A DNA stretch of 64,000 nt from Candidatus Omnitrophota bacterium (GCA_016782485.1 JADHYK010000001.1:30081-94080), one strand, 5' to 3'. Counted from the stretch's first letter, positions 1 through 10,680 are shown. The notes: generated by a model from the letters alone, not told the origin. Translations and numbers: made by a program.

Positions 1-451
1 CCGCCCCCGAAGCCGAAGTGACGATTCCGACGGAAAAAGGCATCAGCGGAAGCTCTCTTTTATGGGCAGGGTCAAATAAGCCTTCTTGGAAAAGTTTTTT
101 CTTCAGCTGTTCAAAGGCCAGTTGCTGGCTGCCTATGCCCTTAGGCTCAATCTTTCCGATATTCAGCTTATATTTTCCATGCGGCGGATAAACATCTATC
201 CTGCCGAAACAGATTGCCTTTAAGCCGTCTTCAATCTTAAACCTGACCTCTTTGTTTGCCTGCCGGAACATCGCCGCGGGCAAAACTGCCCCTTCGTCTT
301 TTAAAGAAAAGTAGAAGTGACCTTTGGCATCAGCTTTAAAATTAGAAACCTCCCCCTCCACCCAGACCTGCTCGAAGGTGTTTTCCAGAATTAATTTTAT
401 ATCCTGGGTGAGTTGGGAGACGGTATAGATATGCCGGGGGTTATCCTTCAT
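1..451 (-). CDS. xseA: Exodeoxyribonuclease VII large subunit, N-terminal part (gene continues beyond window start)
   Basis: Reverse translation from ATG at 451..449 gives MKDNPRHIYTVSQLTQDIKLILENTFEQVWVEGEVSNFKADAKGHFYFSLKDEGAVLPAAMFRQANKEV..., the OB-fold N-terminus of XseA. The ATG overlaps the stop of the upstream gene (ATGA). Confidence 0.8.
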   Translation of the reverse strand, partial: MKDNPRHIYTVSQLTQDIKLILENTFEQVWVEGEVSNFKADAKGHFYFSLKDEGAVLPAAMFRQANKEVRFKIEDGLKAICFGRIDVYPPHGKYKLNIGKIEPKGIGSQQLAFEQLKKKLFQEGLFDPAHKRELPLMPFSVGIVTSASGA

Positions 452-2166
452 AGCTTCTTTTCAAGAATAATCATCTGCACAGAATAGGGAGTTAATTGCA
501 GGGCCTCCTGATAAGATCCGTCTGCATTTATTTCTTTTTCTTCCAGAGGGACGAATTTACAATCCCTGCTGCAGGAAGAATCTACGGCAAACCTCTGGTA
601 CGTATAATCCCCTTTTGTAAGGTTATTGATATTTAAATTTATGCGGCGGGCTGAAAGACTAAGCCTTGCGGCTTTCTCGTATAACTGCTTTGCCCTCTTG
701 AGCAATGCCTTAATCTTTTTGGTTGCGCGCACAGCGGCAATCTCAATCTCGCCGGAGGAAATTTTTTCTATTGTCTCGCGTTTGATAAGGTTGAGCAGGA
801 TTTTTCTTTCTGCCTTTTTTAAAGTGGCGATGTTGCGCGATAAATAGTTATTAACTATCTCCGGGTCGATGTAGTTATAAATAATAACCGCCAATCCCTC
901 TTTTCTCCTGGTGGCGATAACCCCGCAGAAGTCATCTTCGAATTTCGTTAAAAACATATCCGGCCCGAGATTCTCCAGCATCCTGAAGACGTTATAGGTG
1001 GCCTTGGGGCTGCCCCGGTACCCTGAATACTCCGGATCAAAGCTAAATATACCGACGTTACGCACCACGCCCTCTTTGTTATTCTTAAAATCCTCCAGGC
1101 AAAAATAGACCTGATAATCAATACCTGTCTCGTACATATTCTTGATGCGGGCAGGAATATAGCTGGCAGCGATATAAGATTTTTCCTTCCTCTCGGGCAG
1201 GACATTGGCGCTGCGGTCGTAATTCCATTCGTCGACTATTAAAGGTATATTCCTGTCAAATTTAAAATAAGAAAGCCACTCCCGTATCAGTTTGACCGCG
1301 GTCTTTTTATAAGCGGTGTTTTCCTTCTCTACGGCCTGGTCGGTAGAAAATCCGTGCCAGCTGATAAAATCCAGGGGCAGCCGGTAGCGGTAGCAGAATT
1401 TAATCAGTTCGTAGATCAGGCTTTTCTGGGGAGTCACGATAGTATTGCCGTCGAGATTCTGAAACCACCAGCTTACTGCCGGCCCGCCTATCGGGATATG
1501 CATCTTGGTCTCTGCCTTTAGCTCTTTTATGCCCTCTGCGACCGCGCGGTAAAGGTTAAAATACTCCTGTTTTCTGCCTAAAAAGAAATCGTCCAGATCC
1601 GGGGCATTCCATATTTCATACCAGACATTATACTTTTTATCGCAGCTTAACTCCCGGACCGTAGACTTAATTAACTCCTTAAATGCCTTCAGATTCCAGG
1701 GCGGGCTTTTTTTATCCAAGACCTTGCCTAAACCGGCCGGCGTACCAAAGATGTCCAGAATGACTATGCCTCCGGCATCGCTTATGGACTTAATGATGCT
1801 TTCGTAATTGCCAAGAAGCGCTGTCTGCGCCTCTTTATCCTTGGAAAGCTGGTTTATCTCCCAGAGGCTGTATTGCAGCCGATAAACCCCCCTGAAGCCG
1901 ATCTCCTGCCGCCAGATATCCACCGCCTCTTTGGCCGCCATCGCCTGCGGCCAGCCGGGGTCGCGATGAAATCCCCGGCCGCTTAAATCAACGCCGGGCC
2001 TGAATACCTTTGGCAGGGGGACGGTATTAGAGGCAGCATCGAGATTAATTACCAGGCTGTCATCCTGGGCGAATAGTCCACAGCGTCCAGCAGTCCACAG
2101 TCCACAGACAAAGACCATAATAAACAAGAAAAAACATACTAGGGCCTTCTGGCTTAAATTTAACAT
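448..2166 (-). CDS. Exported GH clan A (GH5/GH39-like) TIM-barrel protein with a basic coiled-coil C-terminal tail. The NEP acid/base motif reads NAP
   Basis: N-terminal signal-peptide-like hydrophobic segment ending AFAQ. Motif YEIWNAPD at the clan GH-A (F/Y)E(I/V)WNEP position, and IVDEWN at the nucleophile position. 572 aa. Confidence 0.45.
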   Translation of the reverse strand: MLNLSQKALVCFFLFIMVFVCGLWTAGRCGLFAQDDSLVINLDAASNTVPLPKVFRPGVDLSGRGFHRDPGWPQAMAAKEAVDIWRQEIGFRGVYRLQYSLWEINQLSKDKEAQTALLGNYESIIKSISDAGGIVILDIFGTPAGLGKVLDKKSPPWNLKAFKELIKSTVRELSCDKKYNVWYEIWNAPDLDDFFLGRKQEYFNLYRAVAEGIKELKAETKMHIPIGGPAVSWWFQNLDGNTIVTPQKSLIYELIKFCYRYRLPLDFISWHGFSTDQAVEKENTAYKKTAVKLIREWLSYFKFDRNIPLIVDEWNYDRSANVLPERKEKSYIAASYIPARIKNMYETGIDYQVYFCLEDFKNNKEGVVRNVGIFSFDPEYSGYRGSPKATYNVFRMLENLGPDMFLTKFEDDFCGVIATRRKEGLAVIIYNYIDPEIVNNYLSRNIATLKKAERKILLNLIKRETIEKISSGEIEIAAVRATKKIKALLKRAKQLYEKAARLSLSARRINLNINNLTKGDYTYQRFAVDSSCSRDCKFVPLEEKEINADGSYQEALQLTPYSVQMIILEKKL

Positions 2167-2949
2167 TTAGATTAATTTCTTTTGTATTCTTATAATTGAG
2201 TTGGCTTTGCCGGTCTTTTCGTCTATATCCAGTAATGCCCCCTGCAGCTGGATGTTATCTTGAGCAACTTCAAACCGCTGCGGGATGCAGCTGAGGAACC
2301 TTGCCAGGACATCCTCTATTCTTCTGCCGATTACGGAATCAAAGGGCCCGGCCATACCCGCATCCGTAAGGTAAGCTGTCCCCGCGGGTAAAATCCTTTC
2401 ATCGGCAGTCTGTACATGGGTATGTGTGCCGATTACCGCCGAAACCCTGCCGTCAAGATACCAGCCTAAAGCTATTTTTTCCGAAGTTGCTTCGGCATGC
2501 ATATCTACGATTATTACTTTGACCTGCGAAGATAAAGCCTCCTGGGCCTGGCGCGTGGTCCTGAAGGGGCATTCCAGCGGCTGCATAAAAACCCTGCCGT
2601 TGACATTTATCACCCCGGCCTTTAATCCGTTCTTTAAGGTGAAGACGGCATATCCGTAACCGGGCGCGCCCGGCGGAAAATTTACCGGCCGTAAAATCCT
2701 GCGTTCCTCTTCGATAAAATCAAAGATCTCCCTCTTCTTCCAGATATGGTCCCCCGAGGTAAGCACATCCACTCCGTAGCCAAACAACTCATCCGCGACG
2801 CTGCGGGTGATACCGGAGCCTCCTGCGACATTCTCGGCATTGGCAACCACGAAATCAATGCTATGCTCTTTTTGTAATACGGGCAGGAGTTTTCTTACCG
2901 CCTCCCTGCCCGGACTGCCTACTATGTCACCGATAAATAGTATCTTCAT
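2167..2949 (-). CDS. ymdB: YmdB-like metallophosphoesterase (2',3'-cyclic-nucleotide phosphodiesterase family, TIGR00282)
   Basis: MKILFIGDIVGSPGR...VVANAENVAGGSGIT...GDHIW signature. Lies immediately downstream of rny with a 4-nt overlap, as in Bacillus. Confidence 0.85.
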   Translation of the reverse strand: MKILFIGDIVGSPGREAVRKLLPVLQKEHSIDFVVANAENVAGGSGITRSVADELFGYGVDVLTSGDHIWKKREIFDFIEEERRILRPVNFPPGAPGYGYAVFTLKNGLKAGVINVNGRVFMQPLECPFRTTRQAQEALSSQVKVIIVDMHAEATSEKIALGWYLDGRVSAVIGTHTHVQTADERILPAGTAYLTDAGMAGPFDSVIGRRIEDVLARFLSCIPQRFEVAQDNIQLQGALLDIDEKTGKANSIIRIQKKLI

Positions 2950-4520
2950 TTTGCATACTCGATTGCTCGCGTCTCTCTAATAACTGTCACTTTAATCTGT
3001 CCGGGATACTCCATCCCCTCCTCTATTTTCTTGCGGATCTCCCGCGAAAGATTAATCGCTTCGGCATCAGTAATTTTTTCGGGCTGGACGATGACACGGA
3101 TCTCCCGTCCGGCCTGAATGGCAAAAGATTTTTCCACGCCCTTGAAAACATTGGCGATGGACTCCAGCTTCTCCAGCCGCTTTATGTAGGTCTCAAGTGT
3201 TTCACGCCTTGCCCCGGGCCGGGCAGCGCTTATCGCATCCGCAGCAACAGCCATCACCGCATAGAGGCTCTGGGGCGGAATCTCCTCGTGGTGCGCCTCA
3301 ATTGCCGCAACCACCTCTGCCGACTCATTATATTTTCTCGCCAGCTCCGCTCCGATTTTTGCGTGCGTACCCTCTATCTGATGGTCTACGGCCTTTCCGA
3401 TATCGTGCAACAATCCTATGCGCCGGCCGAGTTTAAAATCCAGCTTAAGCTCAGAGGCCATTCCCCCCAGAAGAAAGGAGACTTCCTTTGAGTGCTGCAG
3501 CGCATTCTGGCCGAAACTGGTGCGGTATCTGAGCCTCCCCAAAAGCTTTATCAGTTCCGGATGCAGTCCGCTGATGCCGATCTCAAACACCACCTTCTCG
3601 CCCTCTTCGCGGATCTTCTCCTCCATCTCTTTCTTGGTCTTTTCAACCACCTCTTCAATCCTTCCCGGGTGGATCCTGCCGTCGGAAATAAGCTTTTCCA
3701 AACTTAGCCGCGCAATCTCCCTGCGTACCGTATCAAAGGCCGAAAGGGTCACTGCCTCGGGGGTATCGTCTATAATCACATCCACCCCCGTAGCCATCTC
3801 AAGGGCGCGGATATTCCTGCCCTCCCTTCCGATCACCCTGCCCTTCATCTCATCGTTGGGCAGCGTAACCACGCTCACCGTTGACTCAACGGTATGTTCT
3901 GCGGCGCATTTCTGGATCGCCAGGCTGATTACCTCTCTTGCCTTCTTATCGACAGTGCTGCGCAAATCCTCTTCCTGCCTTTTAATGAGTATGGACTTTT
4001 CAACGTTTAATTCTTCGTTAATCCGGCTAAGCAGGATCTGTTTTGCCTCTTCCGCAGACAAAGAAGATATTTTTTGCAGCCGCTCCTTTTCTTCGGCAAT
4101 CAAAAGATGCAGCTGGTTATCCTTTGCCTTAAGGGAATCCTCCTGTCTTTTGACATTCTCCAGTTTGGCCTCAATTTCCTTTTCTTTGTTTTCCAGAAGA
4201 TCCAGCCGGCGGTTGATATTTTCTTCCTTGTGGGAGAGTCTTTTCTCCATCCCTGAGAGTTCCAGCCGCCGGTCTTTGGTCTCCCGCTCAAAATCCTGGC
4301 GCATCCTGTAAAGAAGGTCCTTTGCCTCCAGGTCCACTTCCCTGCGCCTGTCCTGGATCTCTTTTTTGGCCTGCTCGATAATCTGCCTGGCCTGGGTTTC
4401 GGCATCCTGAATTTTTCTTTCCGCCATATGTTTCCTCAGGAAATAACCTGAGCAGGCGGCAATCAAAGCAATTGCCCCGAATATAATTATATTTATCATC
4501 GCTGGATTAACCTCCTTCAA
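2946..4520 (-). CDS. rny: Ribonuclease Y
   Basis: N-terminal TM helix, long coiled coil, KH domain (GREGRNIRALEMATGVDVIIDD), HD domain (LLHDIGKAVDHQIEGTHAKIGAELARKY). Confidence 0.9.
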   Translation of the reverse strand: MKEVNPAMINIIIFGAIALIAACSGYFLRKHMAERKIQDAETQARQIIEQAKKEIQDRRREVDLEAKDLLYRMRQDFERETKDRRLELSGMEKRLSHKEENINRRLDLLENKEKEIEAKLENVKRQEDSLKAKDNQLHLLIAEEKERLQKISSLSAEEAKQILLSRINEELNVEKSILIKRQEEDLRSTVDKKAREVISLAIQKCAAEHTVESTVSVVTLPNDEMKGRVIGREGRNIRALEMATGVDVIIDDTPEAVTLSAFDTVRREIARLSLEKLISDGRIHPGRIEEVVEKTKKEMEEKIREEGEKVVFEIGISGLHPELIKLLGRLRYRTSFGQNALQHSKEVSFLLGGMASELKLDFKLGRRIGLLHDIGKAVDHQIEGTHAKIGAELARKYNESAEVVAAIEAHHEEIPPQSLYAVMAVAADAISAARPGARRETLETYIKRLEKLESIANVFKGVEKSFAIQAGREIRVIVQPEKITDAEAINLSREIRKKIEEGMEYPGQIKVTVIRETRAIEYAK

Positions 4521-4608
4521 TGAACAGGCAATTTACGCAATGACTAGAACGGTTAAGCGTAAACGGCAGTCCCTGATGTTTTAATCTTAAGCTCTTTACG
4601 AATCGACT

Positions 4609-5169
4609 CTAGGCAAAGATAACCTTCTTGACTCTTACATCGTGGCTTGAGGCAGGTAAGGAAGGCAGGATTTGGTAACGAAAAGCCAGGCCGATGGTCT
4701 CTGTGCGGCCATTGATTTGCTTTAAGAAACGGTCGTAAAAACCCTTTCCCCGGCCCAGACGGTTTCCTTTTTTGTCAAAAGCGACTCCTGGCACTATCAC
4801 GAGATCTATGTCTTTTAAGGCAACGTGCGCCTTGACCGCCGGCTCAACTACGCCGTAAGGGCCTCTTTTCAACCCAGCTTTATCGTCTAATATACAGGGC
4901 AGCATTGCCGCCCTGTCTTTTTTGCAAACCGGAACCGTAACTACCTTGCCCGCTCTTCTGGCTTCCTTAATCATTGCTTTCGTATCTACCTCGCCTTTTA
5001 ACGCGATGTAACACATTAATATCTTTGCCTTTTTAAAAACCTTTGTCCTGAGAAGTTTCTCTGTTATGACCCTGCTTTTTTGTTTTCTCTCCTCCTCCTT
5101 CTGTGTCTTTAGCTTTAAGGAAATTCTACTACGGATCTCCTGCTTTGTCAACCCGGCATTAATGCTCAT
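4609..5169 (-). CDS. 5-formyltetrahydrofolate cyclo-ligase
   Basis: MTHFS family pattern: N-terminal KQxxR...I...L, C-terminal [24 protein letters not shown]. Confidence 0.75.
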   Translation of the reverse strand: MSINAGLTKQEIRSRISLKLKTQKEEERKQKSRVITEKLLRTKVFKKAKILMCYIALKGEVDTKAMIKEARRAGKVVTVPVCKKDRAAMLPCILDDKAGLKRGPYGVVEPAVKAHVALKDIDLVIVPGVAFDKKGNRLGRGKGFYDRFLKQINGRTETIGLAFRYQILPSLPASSHDVRVKKVIFA

Positions 5170-5587
5170 CGTGTGCGTGCGGTTTGTCTTTAAACGGCGG
5201 CTCTTTACCCTGCTTTAGATAATAATCCTTCAGGGCAGAGCGCAGGGCATCCTCTGCCAGCACCGAACAGTGCATTTTGATCGGCGGCAGCCCCCCTAAG
5301 GCCTCAGCCACTGCCCGGTTGGAAATCTTCAACGCCTCTCCAACGGTCTTTCCTTTGACCATCTCCGTGACCATGGAACTCGTCGCGATAGCGGCGCCAC
5401 AGCCGAAAGTTTTAAACCTGGCATCCACGATTACATCGTTCTCTACTTTAATGTAGAGCTTAAGCACGTCGCCGCAGACGGGATTCCCGACGGTGCCGAT
5501 GCCGCTGGCGTCGGTAATCTCGCCGACGTTTTTGGGATTCTTGAAGTGCTGCATTACCTTTTCGCTGTAGGGAAGCTGCTCTGCCAT
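5159..5587 (-). CDS. Fe-S cluster assembly scaffold protein (IscU/NifU N-terminal type)
   Basis: [16 protein letters not shown]...[15 protein letters not shown]...[10 protein letters not shown], with the three conserved Cys. Confidence 0.85.
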   Translation of the reverse strand: MAEQLPYSEKVMQHFKNPKNVGEITDASGIGTVGNPVCGDVLKLYIKVENDVIVDARFKTFGCGAAIATSSMVTEMVKGKTVGEALKISNRAVAEALGGLPPIKMHCSVLAEDALRSALKDYYLKQGKEPPFKDKPHAHDEH

Positions 5588-5588
5588 C

Positions 5589-6242
5589 TTATTTATTCAT
5601 TACCAGTTTATGCGGCCGGGTCGTCTTCTTAAAATCCTTTGCCGGCTGAATTTCTTTTATTTTCCCGATTTTATTTTTCTTTTCCAATTCTTTGTAAATT
5701 AAAACCCAGGCACAGTCTTTGTCTTTGTCCACTTCGCACTTGCCTTTATCTACGCCGCCGCAAGGCCCGTTTAATAACCCCTTGGAGCAAAGAGTAATCG
5801 GGCAGATCCCGGCGGTAATGCTCAAGACGCACTCGCCGCAGAGAGAGCACTTTTCATAGAAATCGCCCTGCGCATCCATTACTGCCCCGAAGACGGTATT
5901 TAAGGCGGGCAGGACCGTAAGCGATAATCTGTCGTTATCCTTTACCGACTGTACCCCCAGGCCGCAGGCCAAAACCAAGACCGCTTCGCATTCTCTTAAC
6001 GCTTTCATATTCCTGGCTAACTCGGCCTTTAATTTAGCCGCTACGCAGGGGGCCTCCGGCATACACGTACCGGTCACGACTTTGCCCTGCTTTTCTAACT
6101 CTGCCTTCATTGCGGCCAGCTCCGGCTCTCCGCCGGTCTTGGCAGTCGCCGCGCACTCCCCGCAACCCACCAGGAATATTTTTTTATATTCTTTGAGGCT
6201 CTCTAATATCTCCTTAAGCGCCTTCTTTTCGGTAATAATCAT
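5589..6242 (-). CDS. Cys-rich protein with a methylenetetrahydrofolate reductase C-terminal-like domain (MetV-like)
   Basis: GCGECAAT...[32 protein letters not shown] matches the MTHFR_C zinc-ribbon-like domain. Forms an operon with nifU and the 5-FCL gene. Confidence 0.5.
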   Translation of the reverse strand: MIITEKKALKEILESLKEYKKIFLVGCGECAATAKTGGEPELAAMKAELEKQGKVVTGTCMPEAPCVAAKLKAELARNMKALRECEAVLVLACGLGVQSVKDNDRLSLTVLPALNTVFGAVMDAQGDFYEKCSLCGECVLSITAGICPITLCSKGLLNGPCGGVDKGKCEVDKDKDCAWVLIYKELEKKNKIGKIKEIQPAKDFKKTTRPHKLVMNK

Positions 6243-6258
6243 CTTTCGCCCTGGCCGA

Positions 6259-6276
6259 TTATAACTTAAGTTATAA
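6259..6276. promoter_or_regulatory. Perfect 18-bp palindrome TTATAACTTAAGTTATAA overlapping a TATAAT-like -10, 17-34 nt upstream of the MetV-like/nifU/5-FCL operon start. Candidate operator
   Basis: Read directly from the sequence. It lies in the 107-bp gap between the EF-G-like gene stop and the 5589..6242 gene start. Confidence 0.35.
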
Positions 6277-6349
6277 TAATCAGTTAAACGCCTGTTAGAA
6301 AATTATTCTAACACATTTTACCGCCAACCTCAAGCAAAATATGTCGGTC

Positions 6350-9340
6350 TTATTCCTTCTTTTCGCGTTCCTTCTTCTCCGCAACAATCTTTTCGGCGAT
6401 TTCGGCGGGGACTTGCAGGTACTTGGAGAATTCCATGGAGGCGTTAGCACGGCCGCTGCTTAAAGAGCGGATATTGGTGGCGTATCCGAACATCTCCGCT
6501 AAGGGCACCTCTGCGGAGATGATTTTTTGTTTGCCTTTGGTGTCCATGTTCATTACCTTTCCCCGGCGGGAACAGATGTAGCCGACGATACTGTTCACAT
6601 ATTCCTCGGGGGTATTGACCTTAAGGGACATATAGGGCTCAAGGAGTGCCGGCTCGGCTTTCAGAAAGATCTCCTTGAATCCCAATATCGCAGCCATCTT
6701 GAAAGCAAGCTCAGAAGAGTCTACTTCATGATATGAACCGTCAATCAGGCTTACCTTAAGGTCCACTACGGGATAGCCGGCATAAACGCCCTTTTGCATC
6801 GCCTCTATCACGCCCTTTTCCACCGCCGGGATAAATGATTTCGGAATCGCGCCTCCTTTGATCTTATCTATAAATTCAAATCCCTCTCCTGCGCCGCTAG
6901 GGGCAATCTCCATTACCACATGGCCATATTGGCCCCTGCCGCCGGACTGTTTGATATATTTACCCTCTCCGGATGTCTTAGCCTTTATGGTCTCACGGTA
7001 GGCCACCTTCGGCTGGCTTACGTTTGCCTCGACACCGAACTCCTGCTTAAGCCTGTCCACGATAATTTCCAGATGCAGCTCGCCCATGCCGGTAAGCACG
7101 GTTTCCTTTGTCTCCTCATCGGTCTCCACAATAAATGTGGGGTCCTCCTGCGTCAGTTTGGCTAAACCCTTACCGAGCTTATCCTGGTCTGCACGGCTCT
7201 TCGGGCTGATACTAAGCGAAACCACGGGTACCGGAAATTCTATCGCCTCCAGAATAATCGGGTTGTCCATGCTGGAAAGCGTATCGCCGGTTATGGTATC
7301 GGTAAGCCCGATCACCGCCACAATATCTCCGGCGAATGCGCACTCAATATTTTCCTTCTGGTCGGCATGAACCTGCACCAGCCTGCCCACCCTTTCTTTT
7401 TTATCCCTGCTGGCATTAAGCACATAAGAACCGGTATTCAGGAACCCGGAATAAACCCTTACATAAACCAGCTTACCAATATGCTGGTCAGCCTGTAGTT
7501 TAAAAGCAACCCCGGAAAAGGGTTCGTTTATATCGGGCCTGCGTTGTATCTGTTTATCGGGGCTGCCGGGTTCATTGCCGCAAACCGAGGCTAAATCCGA
7601 CGGCGAGGGCAGGTATAAATTTACCGCGTCAAGCAGTTTCTGTATCCCTTTATTTTTAAAGGCCGCCCCGCACAACACAGGGACTGCCCTGTTGGCGATA
7701 GTGCCGCGGCGCAGCGCTTTTATTAACTCCTCCTGTGTAATCGAACCCTGCGACTCCAGGTATTTTTTAGTCAGGGCTTCGTCAAGGACAACAGCCTTTT
7801 CCAGCAGCAGATGCCGGTACTTATCGGCCTGCTCTTTACAATCTGCGGGGATATCTGCGACGCTAAACTCTTTACCCTGAGAGCCCTCGTCGTATATGTA
7901 GGCCTTCATCTCTATGAGGTCAATCACCCCTTTAAAACCGCCTTCTGCACCGATAGGGATCTGGAGCGCTAGTGTGTTGCCGCCGAGCTCCTGCTCAATG
8001 TCCGCTAAAACCGCGAAAAAATCCGCACCCACCCTGTCCATCTTATTGATAAATGCTATTTTGGGCACGTTGTATTTATTTGACTGGTGCCACACGGTTT
8101 CCGACTGCGGCTCCACCCCTCCGACGGCACAGAAGACCACTATTGCTCCGTCGAGAACTCGTAAGGAACGTTCGACCTCGACCGTAAAATCCACATGCCC
8201 CGGCGTATCGATAATGGAAATCCTGTGCTCCTTCCAGAAACAGGTAGTGGCCGCAGCGGTGATGGTAATGCCCCTTTCCTGCTCCTGCTTCATCCAGTCC
8301 ATCTGCGCCTTGCCATCGTGAACCTCCCCTATCTTGTGGGAACGGCCGGTATAAAATAAAATCCGCTCCGTCAGGGTAGTTTTGCCGGCATCGATATGCG
8401 CAATGATACCTATATTTCTGACCTTCTGCATATCAATGGACGGCGGTATCCGGGGTTTTTCCTCCTGCGCCTTCCCTGCTGTTTCCTCAGCTGGCGCCTG
8501 TTTTGGCTGCGGCTCCGGCTGTTTCTGCTCCGGCGGCTTGGCCTCGGGTGGCTGCGGCGGCGGCTCCGGTTGCGGCTTCTCTTCGACGGCCTTTGCCTCA
8601 ACTTCTTCCGCAGGAGGTTGTGCTGGTTTGGGCGGCTCCTTGGCCTTCTTGCTCAGCTGGCTCTTCAATAACACCAGCTCTTCCGCGTAGAGCTCCAGCT
8701 TCTTCTCCCTTTGCTCCAGCTCCTCTTCTAATTCCGTGTACTCCTGGTTTAACTTATTGAATTCTGCCTTTGGAATCCACTCGCTGTTTTCCTCTTTTTT
8801 TTTGAACTCTCTGATCGTCTCCAGGTGCGCCTTTATCTCCTGGGCATATTTTTCCAGCTGGTGCTTCTGGATCTCAACCTGCTCGGCTATGCTCTTTTTC
8901 TCCTGACTATGATCCTGCAACCCCTCTTTTAACTCGTTTATTTCCCGGGTCAGATTTATATTCTTGGTAAACTCCTCCTGCAGCTTTCTTTCCTGCTCGA
9001 GAAATTTATCGCGCAGCTGGGAGTTCTCCGCCCTGACTTTATCCAGCATCTGGTCGGACTTGGCAACCCAATCCTCTCTTCTGGTCAACTCCTCCTTTAG
9101 TTTTGGTTCTTTCACCTTCGCCGCCTCAAATGCTTTATGAATGTTGACGTAATCGCTCTTTACCCGGCTTAGTTCTAATTCTTTAGAGCGGACCTCTGCC
9201 TCCAGCCGCCGGGTCTTCTGCTCCCGGGGGTCAGGGCCGGATTTCCCGGGCTGTGCGCCGCCGCCGGAGAAGATGCCGTACAGGGCATAGGCCACCATAA
9301 ATATGCCCGAAAAAACCAGTATCTGAAAAATTATATTCAT
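6350..9340 (-). CDS. Elongation factor G homolog carried on a 303-aa N-terminal extension: TM helix, long coiled coil, Pro/Glu/Lys-rich linker
   Basis: Residues 304-996 are canonical EF-G ([24 protein letters not shown]...[40 protein letters not shown]...[10 protein letters not shown], domains II-V). Residues 1-303 are [24 protein letters not shown] (TM), then heptad-rich E/K sequence, then [22 protein letters not shown]. There is no in-frame stop between the two parts. An internal Met sits at 8431. Confidence 0.75.
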   Translation of the reverse strand: MNIIFQILVFSGIFMVAYALYGIFSGGGAQPGKSGPDPREQKTRRLEAEVRSKELELSRVKSDYVNIHKAFEAAKVKEPKLKEELTRREDWVAKSDQMLDKVRAENSQLRDKFLEQERKLQEEFTKNINLTREINELKEGLQDHSQEKKSIAEQVEIQKHQLEKYAQEIKAHLETIREFKKKEENSEWIPKAEFNKLNQEYTELEEELEQREKKLELYAEELVLLKSQLSKKAKEPPKPAQPPAEEVEAKAVEEKPQPEPPPQPPEAKPPEQKQPEPQPKQAPAEETAGKAQEEKPRIPPSIDMQKVRNIGIIAHIDAGKTTLTERILFYTGRSHKIGEVHDGKAQMDWMKQEQERGITITAAATTCFWKEHRISIIDTPGHVDFTVEVERSLRVLDGAIVVFCAVGGVEPQSETVWHQSNKYNVPKIAFINKMDRVGADFFAVLADIEQELGGNTLALQIPIGAEGGFKGVIDLIEMKAYIYDEGSQGKEFSVADIPADCKEQADKYRHLLLEKAVVLDEALTKKYLESQGSITQEELIKALRRGTIANRAVPVLCGAAFKNKGIQKLLDAVNLYLPSPSDLASVCGNEPGSPDKQIQRRPDINEPFSGVAFKLQADQHIGKLVYVRVYSGFLNTGSYVLNASRDKKERVGRLVQVHADQKENIECAFAGDIVAVIGLTDTITGDTLSSMDNPIILEAIEFPVPVVSLSISPKSRADQDKLGKGLAKLTQEDPTFIVETDEETKETVLTGMGELHLEIIVDRLKQEFGVEANVSQPKVAYRETIKAKTSGEGKYIKQSGGRGQYGHVVMEIAPSGAGEGFEFIDKIKGGAIPKSFIPAVEKGVIEAMQKGVYAGYPVVDLKVSLIDGSYHEVDSSELAFKMAAILGFKEIFLKAEPALLEPYMSLKVNTPEEYVNSIVGYICSRRGKVMNMDTKGKQKIISAEVPLAEMFGYATNIRSLSSGRANASMEFSKYLQVPAEIAEKIVAEKKEREKKE

Positions 9341-9348
9341 AGCATTAT

Positions 9349-10674
9349 TCAGGCCTGTTTCTTTTTCTGATGAGAATCCCGCAGCTTCTGCATCCTCTCT
9401 TTAATCTTGGCCTCAAAGCCGATCTCCGTAGGCTCGTAATAACGTACCGCCTTCCCGGTGTATTTCTGTTTCACATAATGGCCCGGGTAATCATGGGCAT
9501 ATTTATACCCCTTGCCGTGGCCCAGCTCTTCTGCCCCTTGATAAGAAGCATCCTTAAGATGGTCCGGCACCTCCTGGACCTTTTTTTGCTCTACATCCTG
9601 ATAGGCCTTCTCAATTGCCAGGTAACTTGCGTTTGATTTGGGGGCGCAGGAAACATAAATTACCGCCTGGGCCAGAGGGATCCTTGCCTCCGGCATGCCC
9701 ACAAATTCGCAAATCTGCACCGCCGCATTTGCTAAGACCAGGGCAAGCGGATCGGCATTACCTACGTCCTCCGCGGCCAGAATACAAACCCGGCGGGCGA
9801 TAAAACGCGGGTCCTCTCCTGCATAAAGCATCTTGGCCATCCAGTATAAAGCGCTGTCCGGGTCAGAGCCGCGCATTGATTTTATAAAAGCCGAGGCAGT
9901 ATCATAGTGGCCGTCCTCATCCCGGTCATAAAGAACCGCCTTTTTTTGTATTGACTCCGCTGCAACCGCTAAATCAAAATTAATCACTCCTTCTGCGCCG
10001 GCAGGCGTGGTCAACACCCCTACCTCAAGGGCATTTAAAGCCCGGCGCGCATCGCCTTCGCAGGTCTTGGCCAGGTGTTCCAGCGCCTTTTTGTCAATTT
10101 TGACCCTGAAGTTTCCCAGCCCCCTGTTTTTGTCGGTGAGGGCGCTGTTTAGTATCTTTAAAATATCCGCCGTATCCAAAGTCTTTAATTCGCAGACCAG
10201 CGACCTCGATAAAAGCGGAGAGGCAATAGAAAAATAGGGGTTGTGGACGGTGGCGCCGATTAACACCGGGTTGCCCGCCTCCACATCAGGCAGGAGCACA
10301 TCCTGCTGGGCCTTGTTAAAACGGTGGATTTCGTCGATAAAGAGGATTGTTCTTTTATTATTGCTTGAGCTCTTCACTTTGGCAGTATTGATAATCCGCC
10401 TCAGCTCCTCTACATTCGAGGTAGTGGCATTTATCGGGACGTAATAAGCTTGGCTTACATTGGCAATACACCAGGCCAGGGAGGTCTTGCCTACTCCAGG
10501 CGGGCCGTATAATATCAGTGAACTTATCCGGTCGGCTTCGATGGCGCGACGCAGCAGTTTACCCGGGCCTAAAAGGTGCTTTTGTCCGGCAAATTCAGCC
10601 AGGGTTACCGGCCGCATACGCAAGGCAAGGGGAAGGTCTTTGGAGTCGGAGGGCTTTTCGTTAAATAAATCCAT
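9349..10674 (-). CDS. rarA: Replication-associated recombination protein A (MgsA/RarA AAA+ ATPase)
   Basis: [15 protein letters not shown] Walker [17 protein letters not shown] Walker B/sensor, C-terminal MgsA helical domain. Confidence 0.9.
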   Translation of the reverse strand: MDLFNEKPSDSKDLPLALRMRPVTLAEFAGQKHLLGPGKLLRRAIEADRISSLILYGPPGVGKTSLAWCIANVSQAYYVPINATTSNVEELRRIINTAKVKSSSNNKRTILFIDEIHRFNKAQQDVLLPDVEAGNPVLIGATVHNPYFSIASPLLSRSLVCELKTLDTADILKILNSALTDKNRGLGNFRVKIDKKALEHLAKTCEGDARRALNALEVGVLTTPAGAEGVINFDLAVAAESIQKKAVLYDRDEDGHYDTASAFIKSMRGSDPDSALYWMAKMLYAGEDPRFIARRVCILAAEDVGNADPLALVLANAAVQICEFVGMPEARIPLAQAVIYVSCAPKSNASYLAIEKAYQDVEQKKVQEVPDHLKDASYQGAEELGHGKGYKYAHDYPGHYVKQKYTGKAVRYYEPTEIGFEAKIKERMQKLRDSHQKKKQA

Positions 10675-10680
10675 TGATAT

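Noticed and set aside
3418-4311. 297-aa Ser-rich ORF antisense to rny (and similar antisense ORFs at 3197..3707 and 4074..4405)
   Set aside because: Low-complexity translation of the antisense strand of a strongly conserved gene, with no motifs.
8382-8760. Gly/Cys/Ala-rich and Arg/Leu-rich ORFs antisense to the Pro-rich region of the EF-G-like gene
   Set aside because: These arise from the GC-rich repetitive codons (CCG/GAG/AAG) of the linker. Typical spurious antisense ORFs.
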